The notes under the pieces: generated by a model
What the model saw: the letters and a program-made list of their open reading frames with translations, nothing else
What the model was told of the DNA's origin: nothing
Database searches by the model: none
DNA from: Paraspadella gotoi
Taxonomy: Eukaryota; Animalia; Chaetognatha
Reading direction: 5' to 3'
Assembly: GCA_051294375.1 (NCBI GenBank)
Contig: CM119270.1
Coordinates: 1,772,091 to 1,836,090 of the forward strand
DNA length: 64,000 bases
In this document: piece after piece, positions 40,220 through 53,944 of the stretch
How the letters are laid out: every line of letters begins with the position of its first letter
Numbering within the stretch: the stretch's first letter is position 1
Program-made: the position numbers and the translations under genes

Positions 40220-40624
40220 AACAAGAACGGGGATTCCAATGTCTGTTGCACTGTTGCGCCGCTGTGACCTTTTTATCCATGTTCGATACTCATTTCATCA
40301 GAAACGTCTTTTATTCTTTATACGGTTTCTTTTAAATATTATGCGATTTTATTCGAATACAACAAGGTTGATTTAGTTCAATCATCATCAACAAACAAAC
40401 AAACAAACATATTGTGCACGTTAAAGGTCCTGCCAAATATGATCTTAATTTATAAAGCTTTAACCAAGTTATTAGTATTTTTAACGGAAGTGGGACAGAC
40501 TGATGGACAGACATATCTACCGACCGACGGACAGACCGACCGACTGACCGACCGACGGACTGACCGACCGACCGAAAAGTGACTCAGAGAGTTGCTCCGC
40601 GAGTACTCGCGACGAAACTAAAAA
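40220..40624 (-). mobile_element. HINE/DINE-1-like element
   Basis: AACAAGAACGG 3' end, GTTGCGCCGC sub-terminal repeat, (GACC/GACG)n tract and 5' palindrome GCGAGTACTCGC. Confidence 0.65.
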
Positions 40625-41770
40625 TATGATTTCGCGCGAGTCTGAATTTCAGGTTCCAACCTGAACCAATCGTTGACGCTAAAAAAGAAAATGAGGTAAA
40701 GATGAGATGATGACAAAGATGATTACAAAAAATGATGACAAAGATAAAAAAGGCAAATACCCATGTTGAGAAAGTAAATGACAGGAACGACGAGAAAGAT
40801 AAGGAGAGTGTTGATGAAAACTGACAAAGATGATGACAACTGACAAGATGATGACAAAATGAGTAGAATTATAGCGATGATAATGAGTAGGATAACGTGA
40901 GGATGAAAAAAAGACAGATGAAGACGAAAATAAATGATGACACGATAATGACAAAGTGAGGGCAAAATGATGACAAGATGATGTTACCCACCGGAATCAA
41001 ATTGTTTACGTCTTTCGAGTAGAAAGTTTAGATTCATCGAACAACAACAACAACAATAACAACAACAACAACGACAACAACGACGATAACGATAACGAGG
41101 ATGACGACGACAACGACGACGACAACGACGACGACGACGACGACAGTGACTAACGACGAAAACTATGCCAGAGGAAATGAGAGGCAATAAAAAAGGAAAA
41201 GAAGAAGAGAGAGAGGAAAAAGGAAAATGAAAAAAAAGGAAGGAAGTGGAGAAAGAAAATTAAAGAAAAAAGAAAAAAGAATGAGAGGAAAAAGGAAAAT
41301 GAAAAAAGGGGGGAAAAAGGAGAAAGAGAACAATAATAGAAACGGTGAACAAAAAGGAAAGTAGGAAGTGACAAGCGGGAAATAGAAAGATTAAAATAAG
41401 GAAAGAAGTAAAAGAAGAAAGGAAAGTTGGAAGTGACAAGCGGGAAATAGAAAGATTAAAATAAGGAAAGAAGTAAAAGAAGAAAAGAAAGGAGAGAAAG
41501 GAAAGTATATGGGAAGGAGGAGAATTGAAGAAACGGAGGAAAAAGAAAAGGAAAAAGGAAAGAAAGAAAAGAAAAAATGGAGGAAGAAGAGGAAAGGAAA
41601 AGAGGAAGAGCAAACTCATCAAAACTTGAAAATTTTTGATGAAGAGAGATGGCTGGCTCAGAAATAGAGAGGAAAGGTAAACAAGGGAGAGAGAGAGAGA
41701 GAAAGAGAGACAGAGGGAGGGAGGGAGGGAGAGAGAGAGTATTGCCTAAATGTCTTTAAAATATTCTCTT

Positions 41771-41892
<122 letters not shown>

Positions 41893-42244
41893 CTCGCATC
41901 CATGTATTTTTTTAGTCCAAAAATTTGAGTCTAGACAAAGTAATTTCTTTTTACCTGAGGCCATGAATAGTAAGAATCTTTTTTTTCCTTGCGTATACAA
42001 TTTTTATCTTTTCAATTTACTCGGTTTTTTTTATTCCTTAGTGTTTTTAATGATTTTTTATGTTTCTTACTCTTATATTTCAGCAGTAATGTTGTGCGTC
42101 AAATATTTTTTAAATGTAAAACAATTGTATTTAATATTAGCTTTAATAGTTTTTTTTTATTCAGCTCTGCCAACGCTAAAACATTTTTGCTGTACCTAAG
42201 TAAACTTGACTCGAAATCCATGACAATAAAAGAAGAGTAAATAC

Positions 42245-42362
<118 letters not shown>

Positions 42363-43374
42363 CACGATTCGGCTTTTCGATTCTGTCGCTTCGGCAAACA
42401 GTAACGAATAATAGCAAAACTAATAAATTTAGACGAAATATTCAAAAATCGTATATAAATAAAACATTCAATCATTAGATAAAAAAAAATAGCGTTTAAA
42501 AAGTGCGCAGTTAGTTTCATTGAATTTTTTTCTTTAAATACAAATTTTCCAAATTGAGTCTTTTTATGTCCAATTCATTACAATGCTCTCAGACACAAAT
42601 GAAAATGACCAAGCATTTGCCCCCGTTTCCCACTTTATTGTCTTTCCTCGCTCGCAAGCATTATTATTTTGCTTTCTAGCTTAATTTGCTCGTGCTTGTC
42701 TCGTGCTTGTCTCGCGCTTGTCTCCTGTGTTTTCCCGTCGCGTCCAAGATTTCTTAAGGCGACCGACTGTTTTTTTTTCTTTGGCCAAACAGAAGAAAAA
42801 AAAACACAAAAATAAACAAACAAAAAAAAAGCAGAGAAACGAAATAACAAGAGTAAAAAAAAAGAAAAAAAAACTGAAACTGGTAAAACCAACATAAAAA
42901 TTATCCATTCATTTAGTAAATAAGCTATCTTGCCCCTCACTTTGAACAGGCTATTGCTAAATGAATCCATAACATAGCAGGACCCTGCCAGCTTTTAATA
43001 AAGTCACTTACGCGGTCTACATATAATTATTTTTTATTTCCTTTTTATCTCTTTCATCTTATTATCACAAAGGTCTTTAAAAAAATCAAACAGATAGTCA
43101 AATAGACGTTCGTTGAAAAAATATGCCAGGCGATATATAGATATATATATATAGAGAAACGGCTCAGCAGTTTACGTTATTGCCTATTGGCGCATGTGAT
43201 CAAATATGTATGGAACAATATTAACTTTTGAGTCAAAAGCAGCTTCCCCTTTACGCTGTCTCCACACATAATTCAGATCCGACTGCTCCACACACAGTGT
43301 CCTACAATTTTTATCGCAGAAATGAAAGGAGGAGACAGAATTTTTTATTTTCATTCTTTATCCGAACAGACGGT

Positions 43375-43412
<38 letters not shown>

Positions 43413-43503
43413 GCTCAATCGCACCTTCTCGTCACTATTCTCTTCTTAATCTCTCCTGTTTTGTCTTTGTCTGTTTATTATGTTTCGAGGTCTCTCTGCT
43501 CCT

Positions 43504-43539
<36 letters not shown>

Positions 43540-44695
43540 CTATAATGGTGTCCTTTTTCATTCAGTCCATCATTGCCGCTGAAAACTTTTCTCTCCTTTG
43601 TACAGCTTTTTCTTTCTTTCCATTTCTGTCAATAATTCATTATCATCTTTTTTTTTCGAGTGATCGTCAATTTTTTTATATTTTTCTATTTATTTTGTTT
43701 TATATACACAATATCACCTTGTTTAACAATTCATGTGCCACTTCATGTCCTTTGGTTTATAATCTACATTTTCTTTGTTTTTAACTATCCTCAACTTTTA
43801 ATTTAGCATTTTCCATATTTTTACTTTCTTCATTTAAATTTATATAAATTTTTTAAAACATTTATCCTATATAACTAACGTCCTAATTAACAATACCAAG
43901 ATTGTTTCGATTGTTTCAATCAACATTATCATCATAATCATCATAATCATTATCCATGGGTTCCATGTCATATTTATATTCCATGTCATGTGGCTGTCTA
44001 GATTTTCGTCATTATCATCTTCAATGTTATAATTATAAAACGCTTTAATTTTAATCTCAATTATCATTTTTTTCCCTTTTGTTTCATCTTTTTTTTTTTT
44101 TTTAGTTGAGATTTTCTTAAGCCAACGACGGAATAAAATGTTTCCTCTTAATCGAGAGAAACAAAGAAAATGTTTTTTTTGTTTCCTTCCGTGATTCCAT
44201 CATCGCAAAAGCAATGGAATCGATGGAATGGAACCAGGATGGAATCGGGCGATCAACGATTCTCGCACGCGATTGATCCAGATAAAACTCTCCTCGACCA
44301 ATCACCAGCCGAGAAGATCAAATTGGACTTTACCTCACCTGCCTATGAGCCGCCGTTTCCTTTTATTGAATTGGGTTTATTGTAATTGTATTGTTGTATT
44401 GATCCTTAGTAAGTCATACGGTCAAACAAAAAAAAAATAATAAAGTTTAAAGTTTAATTAAAGTTTAACTTGCTTAACATGCGTCCGAAGAGACTCAAAC
44501 CCATTTTTATTCGAATATGTAGTCGGTGGAACACACGTAACCCACATGTAGTCTACACGTAACCCACGATGGAATTCGAGTTACTCTGTCAGATTCCGAA
44601 AGTTTATTCTGAACGCGAGGGGCAGCTGCTAATTTCATAGCAGAATTATTTCCCCAAAACTATCGCTTTTTAAACATTCTTTTTTTGCGTTTACA

Positions 44696-45060
44696 TTTTT
44701 AGTTGCGCCGCGAGTGACTTTTCGGTCGGTCGGTCGGTCGGTCGGTCGGTCGGTCGGTCGGTATGTCTGTCCATTGGTCTGTCCCACTTAAGTTAAAAAT
44801 GCATGTAATTTACCTATAGTTGGTTGCTCATTCGTTTAGACAGAAAAAACCTCAAATCCAAAGGACTGCTAGCGCCTCCTTCAAGAATTCCTAAAACTAT
44901 AAAGAATAAGAGATGAAATTTTGATGCAGAGCATGTTATAAATACACGGGCAAAACAGTTTTTTAGTCATGTCATGTCATGTCATATCATGTCATCAAAA
45001 AGAAATACACGTGAAAATAACGTCACTGCGGCGCAACACATTGGAATCACCGTTCTTGTT
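44696..45060 (+). mobile_element. HINE/DINE-1-like element (most complete copy)
   Basis: Sub-terminal inverted repeats GTTGCGCCGC (44702-44711) and GCGGCGCAAC (45028-45037), (GTCG)n microsatellite, T-rich start and CTTGTT end. This matches DINE-1/HINE architecture. Confidence 0.7.
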
Positions 45061-45957
45061 AAAATTAAAAGTCAAAAGAATTTCAAGTGGACGAATTGGG
45101 AATTATTTAATTATAAATTTCATTACATCTGTTCTCTTACGTTTTTCTGCTTCTAAATCTTTATAATCGGATTTCGCATGAAATGTTTTTTTCACAAAAA
45201 ATAACGAAATTTATCTTTGTTGATTTCTTTTCTCGAGATATTTCGATTTACTTCATCGACTTTTCTCCTTTTTTTTTGTCATTTTAATTCTTTTAACTGT
45301 CATCTTCTTTCTTTTCTTCCGTCAATTTGTCTTTTCAATTATTTGATTCGCGTCGACATCTTTGTCTCAAGTTTCCCGATTTCGCTATCGAGAGTCGACG
45401 AATAATTTGAAGGAAAGGGTCAAGGTTATCTGTATTGTTTTACTTAACGTTTGAAATTGAAATTTAAAGAATCTTCAGTTGCCTCAGGCTCGTTTATTTT
45501 TGTTTGTTTGTTTACAAACAAATCGAATGTTTTTATTTTTGTTTTAAAAAAAAAACAACTTTGAAACATAAATCGTTTTTAAAATCAGTCAAAAAGTGAG
45601 ACAACTCAAACAAAGCTTCCACGCCCCAGACTTTAAACAAGCTCTGGCCGGTTAAGCCTTCCAACCCTCCAACAAGATAATAACATAGCAGGACTCGGAA
45701 AGCTTTCAGCTAAGACTTTCTCACGGTTTTCTTTATCGACACCCAGAGTGCTCGTCTTTCCTATACATTCTATACATACATAATATCTATTAACACATCA
45801 AGTTGAACGAAAACAAAAACGGAACTAAAAAAGAAACGCGAATGAATTCATGTTTATCTCTGATTGAAACTGACTTTGTAAATTATCGGGAAAACGTTTA
45901 AAAAATCACTTAGTTGATTTAAGTAACTTGTAAGTGTAAAGCGGATTGAGAAGAGGT

Positions 45958-46009
<52 letters not shown>

Positions 46010-46244
46010 GTAGGCGTCATAAAGAATGGTAAAACTTGACAAGGGGAATGAATACTGCAGTTGTTAGTAAATAAACAGTAAAACAATATAACAAGTGAAC
46101 GTTTTAGACTTAATAAAACACGATGACAACAACGACAACAAAAACAAAAACAACAACAACAACAAGGAAAAAATAATCTTACTCAATTCGCACTTGAGTC
46201 GCCAGAAAAAACGTAAAAATGGGAGAATCTCCCGCGGAGAGAAA

Positions 46245-46278
<34 letters not shown>

Positions 46279-46396
46279 GGAAGGAAACAACCGAGAGAGA
46301 GAGAGATAGAGAGTGAAGAAAGACAATGAAAGGATGAAGATAATAAAAAAAAGTTGATGGATACGAAACAGGATAAAATAACATAAAAAGGAATAG

Positions 46397-46690
46397 AACA
46401 ATAACGGTTTTTCCAATGTGTTGCGCCGCAGTGACTCTATCGACCTTATTGACATTATATGACATGACATTGTATTTATGACATGCACTGCATCGAAATT
46501 CCATCTTTTATTCCTTATAGTTTTAGGATTTCCTGAAGACGGCGCTAGCAGTCTTTTATATTTAAGGTTTTTTTCCTGTCTTAACAAATGAGCAACCAAC
46601 TTTAGGCGAATTGAATGCATTTTTAACGTAAGTGGGACAGACCGACGGACAGACATACCGACCGACAGACCGACCAAAAACTGACTTAAA
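46397..46690 (-). mobile_element. HINE/DINE-1-like element
   Basis: Reverse-complement homolog of 44720-45060. Confidence 0.7.
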
Positions 46691-47253
46691 AATAATAGAA
46701 TTTAAAAAAAATAAGGATAATACTAAATAGGTCGAATGAATAATAAAGAGAGTTAATAAAAAGGGTCATTCATATCAACTTGAAAATAGGCAAACATGAA
46801 GTACAGATTCAAAAAGCCGATTTTAAAAAAAAATATTTAAAACAGAATGTTTACATATAAATAAAAACTTTTTTTTGGTGATTACTGGTGATTACGATGT
46901 ATTTCTCGATGTATTAGCTCTAATATATCAAATATTACGCATTGTTAAGTTGAATGACCTTTCCTCTTAAAGAAAAAAAGAAATAATGAAAGAAAGAAAA
47001 GAATAAAAAGAAAAAAAGAAAAAAAGGAAAAAAAAGTGCCAAATAGAAACAAAGCAAGCAAAGCAAGCAAAGCAAGCAAAGCAAGCAAAGCAAGCCAGGC
47101 AAGCCAAACAAGCAAATCAAGCAGAGAAAGCAAAGCAAGCAAACCCAGAAGAAAATAAAGAGGAAAGGAAAAGGAAACTCACACATAAAAGGAAATAAAA
47201 GTCTCTTTGGTTTTTGGTGAGAAAGAATTAAAAAAAATAAGACAAAAAAGAAA

Positions 47254-47285
<32 letters not shown>

Positions 47286-47344
47286 TTTCCAAGATATTTT
47301 TTTATCGTTCGAACGTGAGACGGTTCTCTCTCTCTCTCCTTCTC

Positions 47345-47422
<78 letters not shown>

Positions 47423-48273
47423 TCTCTCTCTCTCTCTCGTTTTCCTTCAGAGCCAAACCCGAGTTGGCGTCGACCCATCAAGAAGACGAGGGATTCTTTC
47501 ATCGTCGTCGTCGTTGTTGTTTTTGTTGTTGTTGATTTGTTATTTTTTGTATTCGTTGCTTTCGTCGTCTTCGTCGTCGTCGTCTTTCTACGTCTGTGGC
47601 GCTTCTTTATTTCAATCCTGCTCAAACTCTATTGGTGCACTATAAAAAATTATCCATTCGTTTGATAATGAAGCAATCTTGCCTCCTAACGAAGGACAGA
47701 CTATACTAATTTAAGGCCCCCCTTCACTCTTACAAGATAATGAATTAGCTACTTTCGATCAAAACGTTCTCACCATCTATTTTATTCACTCCCTGGCTTT
47801 CCCATTAAGTTGTACAATAATATCATAAATGACTCTAATTGCGTGAATGGATCCTTCCCTCATATTATTTCTTAGGAAGTCCGGGATTTTTCTCACGGAA
47901 AAAGTCGTCTCGGACGTCGTCGTTTTCGTCGTCGTCGTCATTTCTCACTTCGTCTTTCGTTGTTGTCATTGTTCTGTCGTTGTCGTTGTCGTTGTCGTTG
48001 TTGTCCTTGTTCAGTCAAACTGACGTCAGGTCATGACCTCAATCGATGTTTGATATATTTTGCAGTAGCAAAAATCTGTAGCTGATTTGTTTGCAGTTGC
48101 ATCTTTTCTAGCTACTGGCGTTAATTTTCTAAGCGATAGATATATTTTTCGTTTACCGAATTCTTAGAGCAATTATGACACATAATTGCTCGCATGTGTG
48201 TGTGTGTGTGTGTGTGTGTGTGATAGGGACTGTATTGAGAAGATGACGATAAAAACCATAACAACGACGACAT

Positions 48274-48309
<36 letters not shown>

Positions 48310-48442
48310 TGACTACGACAATAAAAAGATGGGACTGTAACGCCGACTGACTTATCACGGATCGAATTTTCTCTCTTTGCCCTTTTTCGTCCTTCCTTGT
48401 CATTCCCGGGGGCGAGCCTTCACGGGGGCTCTCTCCTCTCTC

Positions 48443-48506
<64 letters not shown>

Positions 48507-49084
48507 CCCCATTTCCCACGCCCCCTCATTTGAATAATCTTTAGTTTAATCATTCGTAACGCGTTCACCATAATTTTCTTTCCTCTTCTTTATTCTCTTT
48601 TCCTCTCTCTCTCTCTCTCTCTTCTTCTCTTCTCTCTCCCATCTCTCTCTCTCTCTCTTTCTGTTTTTGCTCATATTTATTGAAAACTTAATAGATTTCT
48701 ACTTTAAAATGTAAAATTAATCGATATATTTTATTACACAAACAGTTTTTCAAGCATTTTTATTCTTTTTTATGTCATCTTTTCCTCTCCCTTCCTCCTT
48801 CTCCTCCTTCTCCTCCCGCTCCTCCTCTTCCTTCTCTTCCTCCTCTTCCTCCTCCTAATTACTTAATCAAGCGACTCATTTAAATTCCCAAACAACGAAA
48901 TCTCGGGTCGTTGACTTCAGTTTCGAGTTTACTTTTAAGTATATGTTGGCCTCAGCTTCCCTTCTTGGCCTCAACTTGGCCTCGACTTGGCCTCATCTTC
49001 CTCTTTGACCTTGGCTTCTACTTTGACTTCGAAATTGACCTTAGCCTAACTTCAACCTTGTCCTTAACTTTGACCCAACTAAAA

Positions 49085-49686
49085 TCTAATCCCGAGCCCT
49101 AATCTAATCCTAAACCCCAACCTAATCCTAATCCCTAACTCTAAAATAATCCTAATCTTTAACTGTAACCTATTCCTAACCAAAACAAAATCCTAATACT
49201 TAATCTATTCTTAAACCCTAACCATAACATAATCCTAAACCCTAACCCAAACATATTCCTAATCTCTCACCTACTCCTAAACCCTAACCCTAACTTAATC
49301 CTAAACCCTAACCCTAATGTAATCCTAATCTTAAACACTAACCTAATCCTAAACCCTAACCCTAACTTAATCCTAAACCCTAACCCCAACCTAATTCTAA
49401 ACCCTAACCCTGAACTAATCATAAATCCTATCCCTAACCTAATCCTAATCCCTAACCTAAAAATAAACCCTAACCCTAACCAAATCTTAAACCCTAACCC
49501 TAACCTAAACCTAATCCTAATCCATAACCTAATCCTAAACCCTAACACTAAACCCAAATCCCAAAACCTAATCTCAAGCTAAATACTAACCATAATCCTT
49601 AACTTCTAAGCTCTAACCTTAATCTTTACAATTAACGTAATTCCGAATTTAAGATAAAAACGGGCCGTTCTGAGAAAATAAGGCCC
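49085..49686. repeat. Degenerate (CCCTAA)n tract ending in conserved GGGCCGTTCTGAGAAAATAAGGCCC motif
   Basis: The same terminal motif with CCCTAA-like arrays occurs at ~27380-27492, ~56400-56638 and (minus) 57764-57965. Confidence 0.65.
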
Positions 49687-50272
49687 GATTCTCCAATCCA
49701 AGATCCGAGAGATCGACCCCGAAGTTCCTTCCTTTTCTTCATTAATCACATCTCTTTTTTTTTTCTGCTAAGAAGAGATAGAGATGGAGTTACGAGTCAA
49801 GATAGAGATGGAGTTACGAGCCGGAATCTTCGGAATGGCACAATGGAATCCATTGTATCCGATGGATTCGCTTCTCCTCGGTGTCGCGATCCGAATTCAC
49901 ACAACACCATAAAGAGAGACGCTCACACACACACACAAAAGATATATATGTTTTCTTTATTTCTCGCTGAAGCTCTGGGGGAGGGATCTCTGGGGGGGGG
50001 AATCTCTGGGGGGGGAGCCGGGACCGGGGATGGATTATATGAGCCGCTTAGTGTGAAAGGGAGATGAGGAAGATTAGAGAGGTATATGAGGAAGATTAAG
50101 GGGTAGATTAGAGAGCTTTGGGTTTTGGATGAGGGAGATTAGGGGGCGAATGAAGGTACAGTTGGGGTAGGGCGCTATTATCCAAACGCGCCCCTTTCTT
50201 GTTTCCAATTTTTGAGCTTAATTTTAATTAAAATATTGTATTTAAACTTTCTCTTTTGTTGTTTTTTTAAAG

Positions 50273-50479
50273 TTTGATAGGAGATTAACGAAAAATTCAG
50301 TTTTTTTAACAAAAATTTGTTTTTATTTTTACAAATAAAAATCGGACATGTTTCAATACTTTACGATTTCGCTGATGAAGACTCAAAATTCCCAAGAGTC
50401 GAAACATGTCCGATTTTAACTTTTAAAAATAAAAACAAATTGTTGTTAAAAAAAGAATTTTTCATTAATCTCCATCAAA
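50273..50479. mobile_element. Penelope-like element remnant: inverted repeat enclosing a hammerhead
   Basis: ~80-bp imperfect arms (TTTGATAGGAGATTAA...CGGACATGTTTC / GAAACATGTCCG...TTAATCTCCATCAAA), with AATAAA downstream of the ribozyme. Confidence 0.65.
50369..50413 (+). ncRNA. Minimal type I hammerhead ribozyme
   Basis: TCG-CTGATGA-A-GACTC(11-nt loop)GAGTC-GAAA-CATGTC^CGA: complete core, 5-bp helix II, palindromic helix III (ACATGT) and helix I TCG/CGA. Confidence 0.8.
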
Positions 50480-50924
50480 TTCAAATATTTAAATATTTAA
50501 CTGTATTCCATACTGAATTTTATCTGAAAAGGGAAACTTTTAGAAAATATGGCCAATCAGATTGTAACAAAAGATTTTTAAAAAAGTAATGAGAGAGAAT
50601 AAAAAAGGAAAAAGAAAAAAAAGGAAAAAAAGGGAAAAAAAAGGAAAAAAATGGAAAAGAAGGGGGAAAAAAAAGAAAAAAAGGAAAAAAAAAGAAAAGG
50701 AAAGGCAATGATGGAGGAGATAAGGGAAATGGAATGGGGTCACGAGAAAGAGAGGATTTCACCGACCTTCCTCGATACCATGGGTTTGAGGTGGGGGGCA
50801 GTGGGTGAGGGAGGGAAGGGGAGAGTGTTAGGAGTTTCGAGGAGGTTGGCCTGAACTGGAGGAGAGGGGGGGTGGTTGGGATTTGATGAAAAGAGGTCGT
50901 GGAGAAAAACCCGTCGCGAGGAGA

Positions 50925-51001
<77 letters not shown>

Positions 51002-51745
51002 GAGAGATTCATTTTACGATTACCCATAAAATGACTGTGTGTGAGTGGGGGAGGGGGTGAGGGTTGTGAATTTGAGGTGGGGAATCGCTGTGAGCTGCTT
51101 TGGTGAGCTCTCAGTCTCTTCAGAGAGCTGGGGAAATTTTTTCTGTTTTTTTTTTTTGTTTTTTTTTCCTATTATTTACTCAGCGATATTTTTACCTTAA
51201 TTGGGATGCGAGAAAGATTTCTTGGGAAATTAATTTTTTATTTTAAAGTTAATTTTCTCACCGAACCTCATAATGAGAACTTTCTTCTGATTTATTACTT
51301 TTTTCTTTTGATTTTACTTTTCTTGGGTTTTTATTCTATAAATATTTTTCTGCTATTCTTATGAGATTTTTTAAAATTTTAGATCATTTTCTCTTCCATT
51401 TTTATAGGAGAAGAAAGTTGGCTTATTTCACTTAATTACTTTTTCATACTTGATGTATTGTATTACTTGATGTAGAATAAAAAATCGCTTTCCGCTCTAA
51501 CTTACCTCCCATCTTATATTCACTTACCTTGGACTATTATCCCCCCCCCCTCTCATTTTCCGCCCAAATGATTTGCGTTTATGTTTTTCAGTCACGTGAT
51601 CAAACGCGCGACGCAATAAGTTACTTTGTTGGTCTGTCAGTCAGTCGGTATATAGTCAATTTTTTTAATAAAATATTAATTATATAATAAAATGCAATAT
51701 AGTATTATTATTATTAATATGAATATTTATTTTGATATTATTGAT

Positions 51746-51954
51746 TAGATGAAATAACAATTTTTAGTTTTTCACAACGAATTTTTATTTGTATGGGAGC
51801 AGACATGTTTCGAACGTATATCATCAGCACTGATGATGAACGAAATATACGTTTGAAACATGTCTGCTACCATACAAATAAAAATTCGTTGTGAAAAACT
51901 AAAAATTGTTATTTCATCTAATTATTCTACCAACGAAAAGAAAGATTTACAAAC
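51746..51954. mobile_element. Penelope-like element remnant: inverted repeat with hammerhead and 12-bp TSD
   Basis: Near-perfect ~75-bp arms spanning 51744-51922, flanked by the direct repeat GATATTATTGAT (51734-51745 and 51955-51966). Confidence 0.75.
51826..51868 (+). ncRNA. Minimal type I hammerhead ribozyme
   Basis: AGCA-CTGATGA-T-GAACG(AAATATA)CGTTT-GAAA-CATGTC^TGCT, with helix I AGCA/TGCT. The inverted arm retains the canonical CGTTCGAAA. Confidence 0.8.
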
Positions 51955-52679
51955 GATATTATTGATATATTATTTGTACCAATTAAAAGTCAAATAGTTC
52001 TATTATGGTTAAATCGTACATTTAAAAAAGTAAGAAGCATCTGCAATCTTTTGTTATCATAATGATTCACATTCTGTTATAATTTATAAATCATCATTTA
52101 ATCATTAGTGATAACTTTTCTGTATTTAAACCTTTTTTAATTTTTAAAAAAATATTCATATTGTGTATTTCCTTTTTCTTTTGTTATGTTTTGAGATTTA
52201 GATTTAATAAGTTTTAAATAAATTTTGGCAACGGTAATTCAATTGCTGTTTCCAAAATTTATTTTAAACATTTTAAATAAAAACATAATCTAAAACTATC
52301 ATATTTCTTGAGATGACGCGACGTTGTTTGCTCAAACTTATTTCTTTTTTTTCTCCTTTGAAATCAATTTTCCTCTCGTCTTTGTCATTTGTTTTTCCCT
52401 CAGGACTCCTTACCTCACATTTTCCTTACCTCACCTTTTCCTTACCTCACCTTTTTCTTTCCTAAACCTTTTCCTTTCCTCATCTTTTACTCACCATGGA
52501 AATATTCGCCCATTACTTATTCCTCTACGCATGAGAAGACTTTCGTATTTCGATTTTCCTTATTTTAATTCGAAGGGCACTTTTTCCTCTACGTTAAAAC
52601 CGTATTTTGTACAATGTATACAATAAATTTATGCCTTCACTGATTTAAAATTTTGGTTGCTTCAAATTTAGAAGTCGTC

Positions 52680-52895
52680 GATTGGTTGGTTAGTTGGATG
52701 GTTGGTTGGTTATTTGGATGGTCTGGTTTGGTAGTTGGTTTGGTGGTTGGTTGGTTGTTTGGTTGGTTGGTTGGTTGGTTGGTTGGTCGGTTGGTTGGTT
52801 GTTTGCTGCTTTGGTGGTTGTTTGGTTGGTTGGTACGTTTGCTGGTTGGTTGGTTGTTTGGGTGGGTGGCTGGTTGGTTGGTTGGTTGGTTGGTT
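52680..52895. repeat. (GGTT)n microsatellite
   Basis: Direct inspection. Confidence 0.9.
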
Positions 52896-53852
52896 AACGT
52901 TTCTCATTAGCTACGTTTCGCACTTTAAAAACTGATAATTCAATGATACGTTTTTAAAATCACGTTTTGAAAATGAGGACTAATTGAGTTACGAGCCGGC
53001 GATATCTATCCCGATAGTTATCCTATAAAGCTTTTCCTTTCGTGAGAAGCTTTCGTTTTAACGAGGGAAACGCCAGGCTGTGATAATTTTTGTTGTTGTT
53101 ATTGTTGTTGTTGTTTTAGTGCAAAAAATAGAAAATTTAGGTAGAAAAAGATAAAAGGAAAATATTAAGGTATAAATAGGATTGTGTGGGAAGTGGGTGG
53201 GATTGTATGGGAATTATATGGGATTGGATGGGAAGCGGGAAAAAAGTGGATCAAGACAATGTGGGATAAAAGAGTTTAAGGACAAATGATATCAATGATA
53301 GTAATTTATGTTTGAAATCCAATCTATTGGTTGGATGCAAAAAACATCTCATAAACGAATTTAAAATATTAGATTAAGGATAAAAATGTTTTTTTCTGGG
53401 AAACAGTTTTGTCAGGAACCAGATATTACGAGAAAACCGTTGTTCCAGGAAAACAGTTTTTTTTTCTAAGAAAAAAAAACAAAAAAACACTTATTCCAGG
53501 AAAGCAATTATATGAGGAAAACAGTTATTTGAGGAAGGGAAAGGACGGAGAATAAGAATGAGACAGTTATTGCGCTAATAATGACCGCGGGAAAAAAGAA
53601 CCGGAACACGGAGACACCGACGTTGANNNNNNNNNNNNNNNNNNNNNNNNNNNNNNNNNNNNNNNNNNNNNNNNNNNNNNNNNNNNNNNNNNNNNNNNNN
53701 NNNNNNNNNNNNNNNNNNNNNNNNNNNNNNNNNNNNNNNNNNNNNNNNNNNNNNNNNNNNNNNNNNNNNNNNNNNNNNNNNNNNNNNNNNNNNNNNNNNN
53801 NNNNNNNNNNNNNNNNNNNNNNNNNNNNNNNNNNNNNNNNNNNNNNNNNNNN

Positions 53853-53889
<37 letters not shown>

Positions 53890-53944
53890 TGTGAAAATGA
53901 CGAGAGTGGAATGAGATTACGGGAAGTAGAGGCGGCCTCGTTTA

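Noticed and set aside
40275-40308. CTGATGA...GAACATG on the minus strand
   Set aside because: GAAA is not intact and there is no convincing helix II.
44170-44385. 71-aa non-repetitive ORF as an upstream Shal exon
   Set aside because: No resemblance to Kv4 T1 or S1-S5 sequence and no convincing splice sites.
49085-49620. True telomere or chromosome fusion site
   Set aside because: The repeats are degenerate, in one orientation, and tied to a dispersed element terminus.
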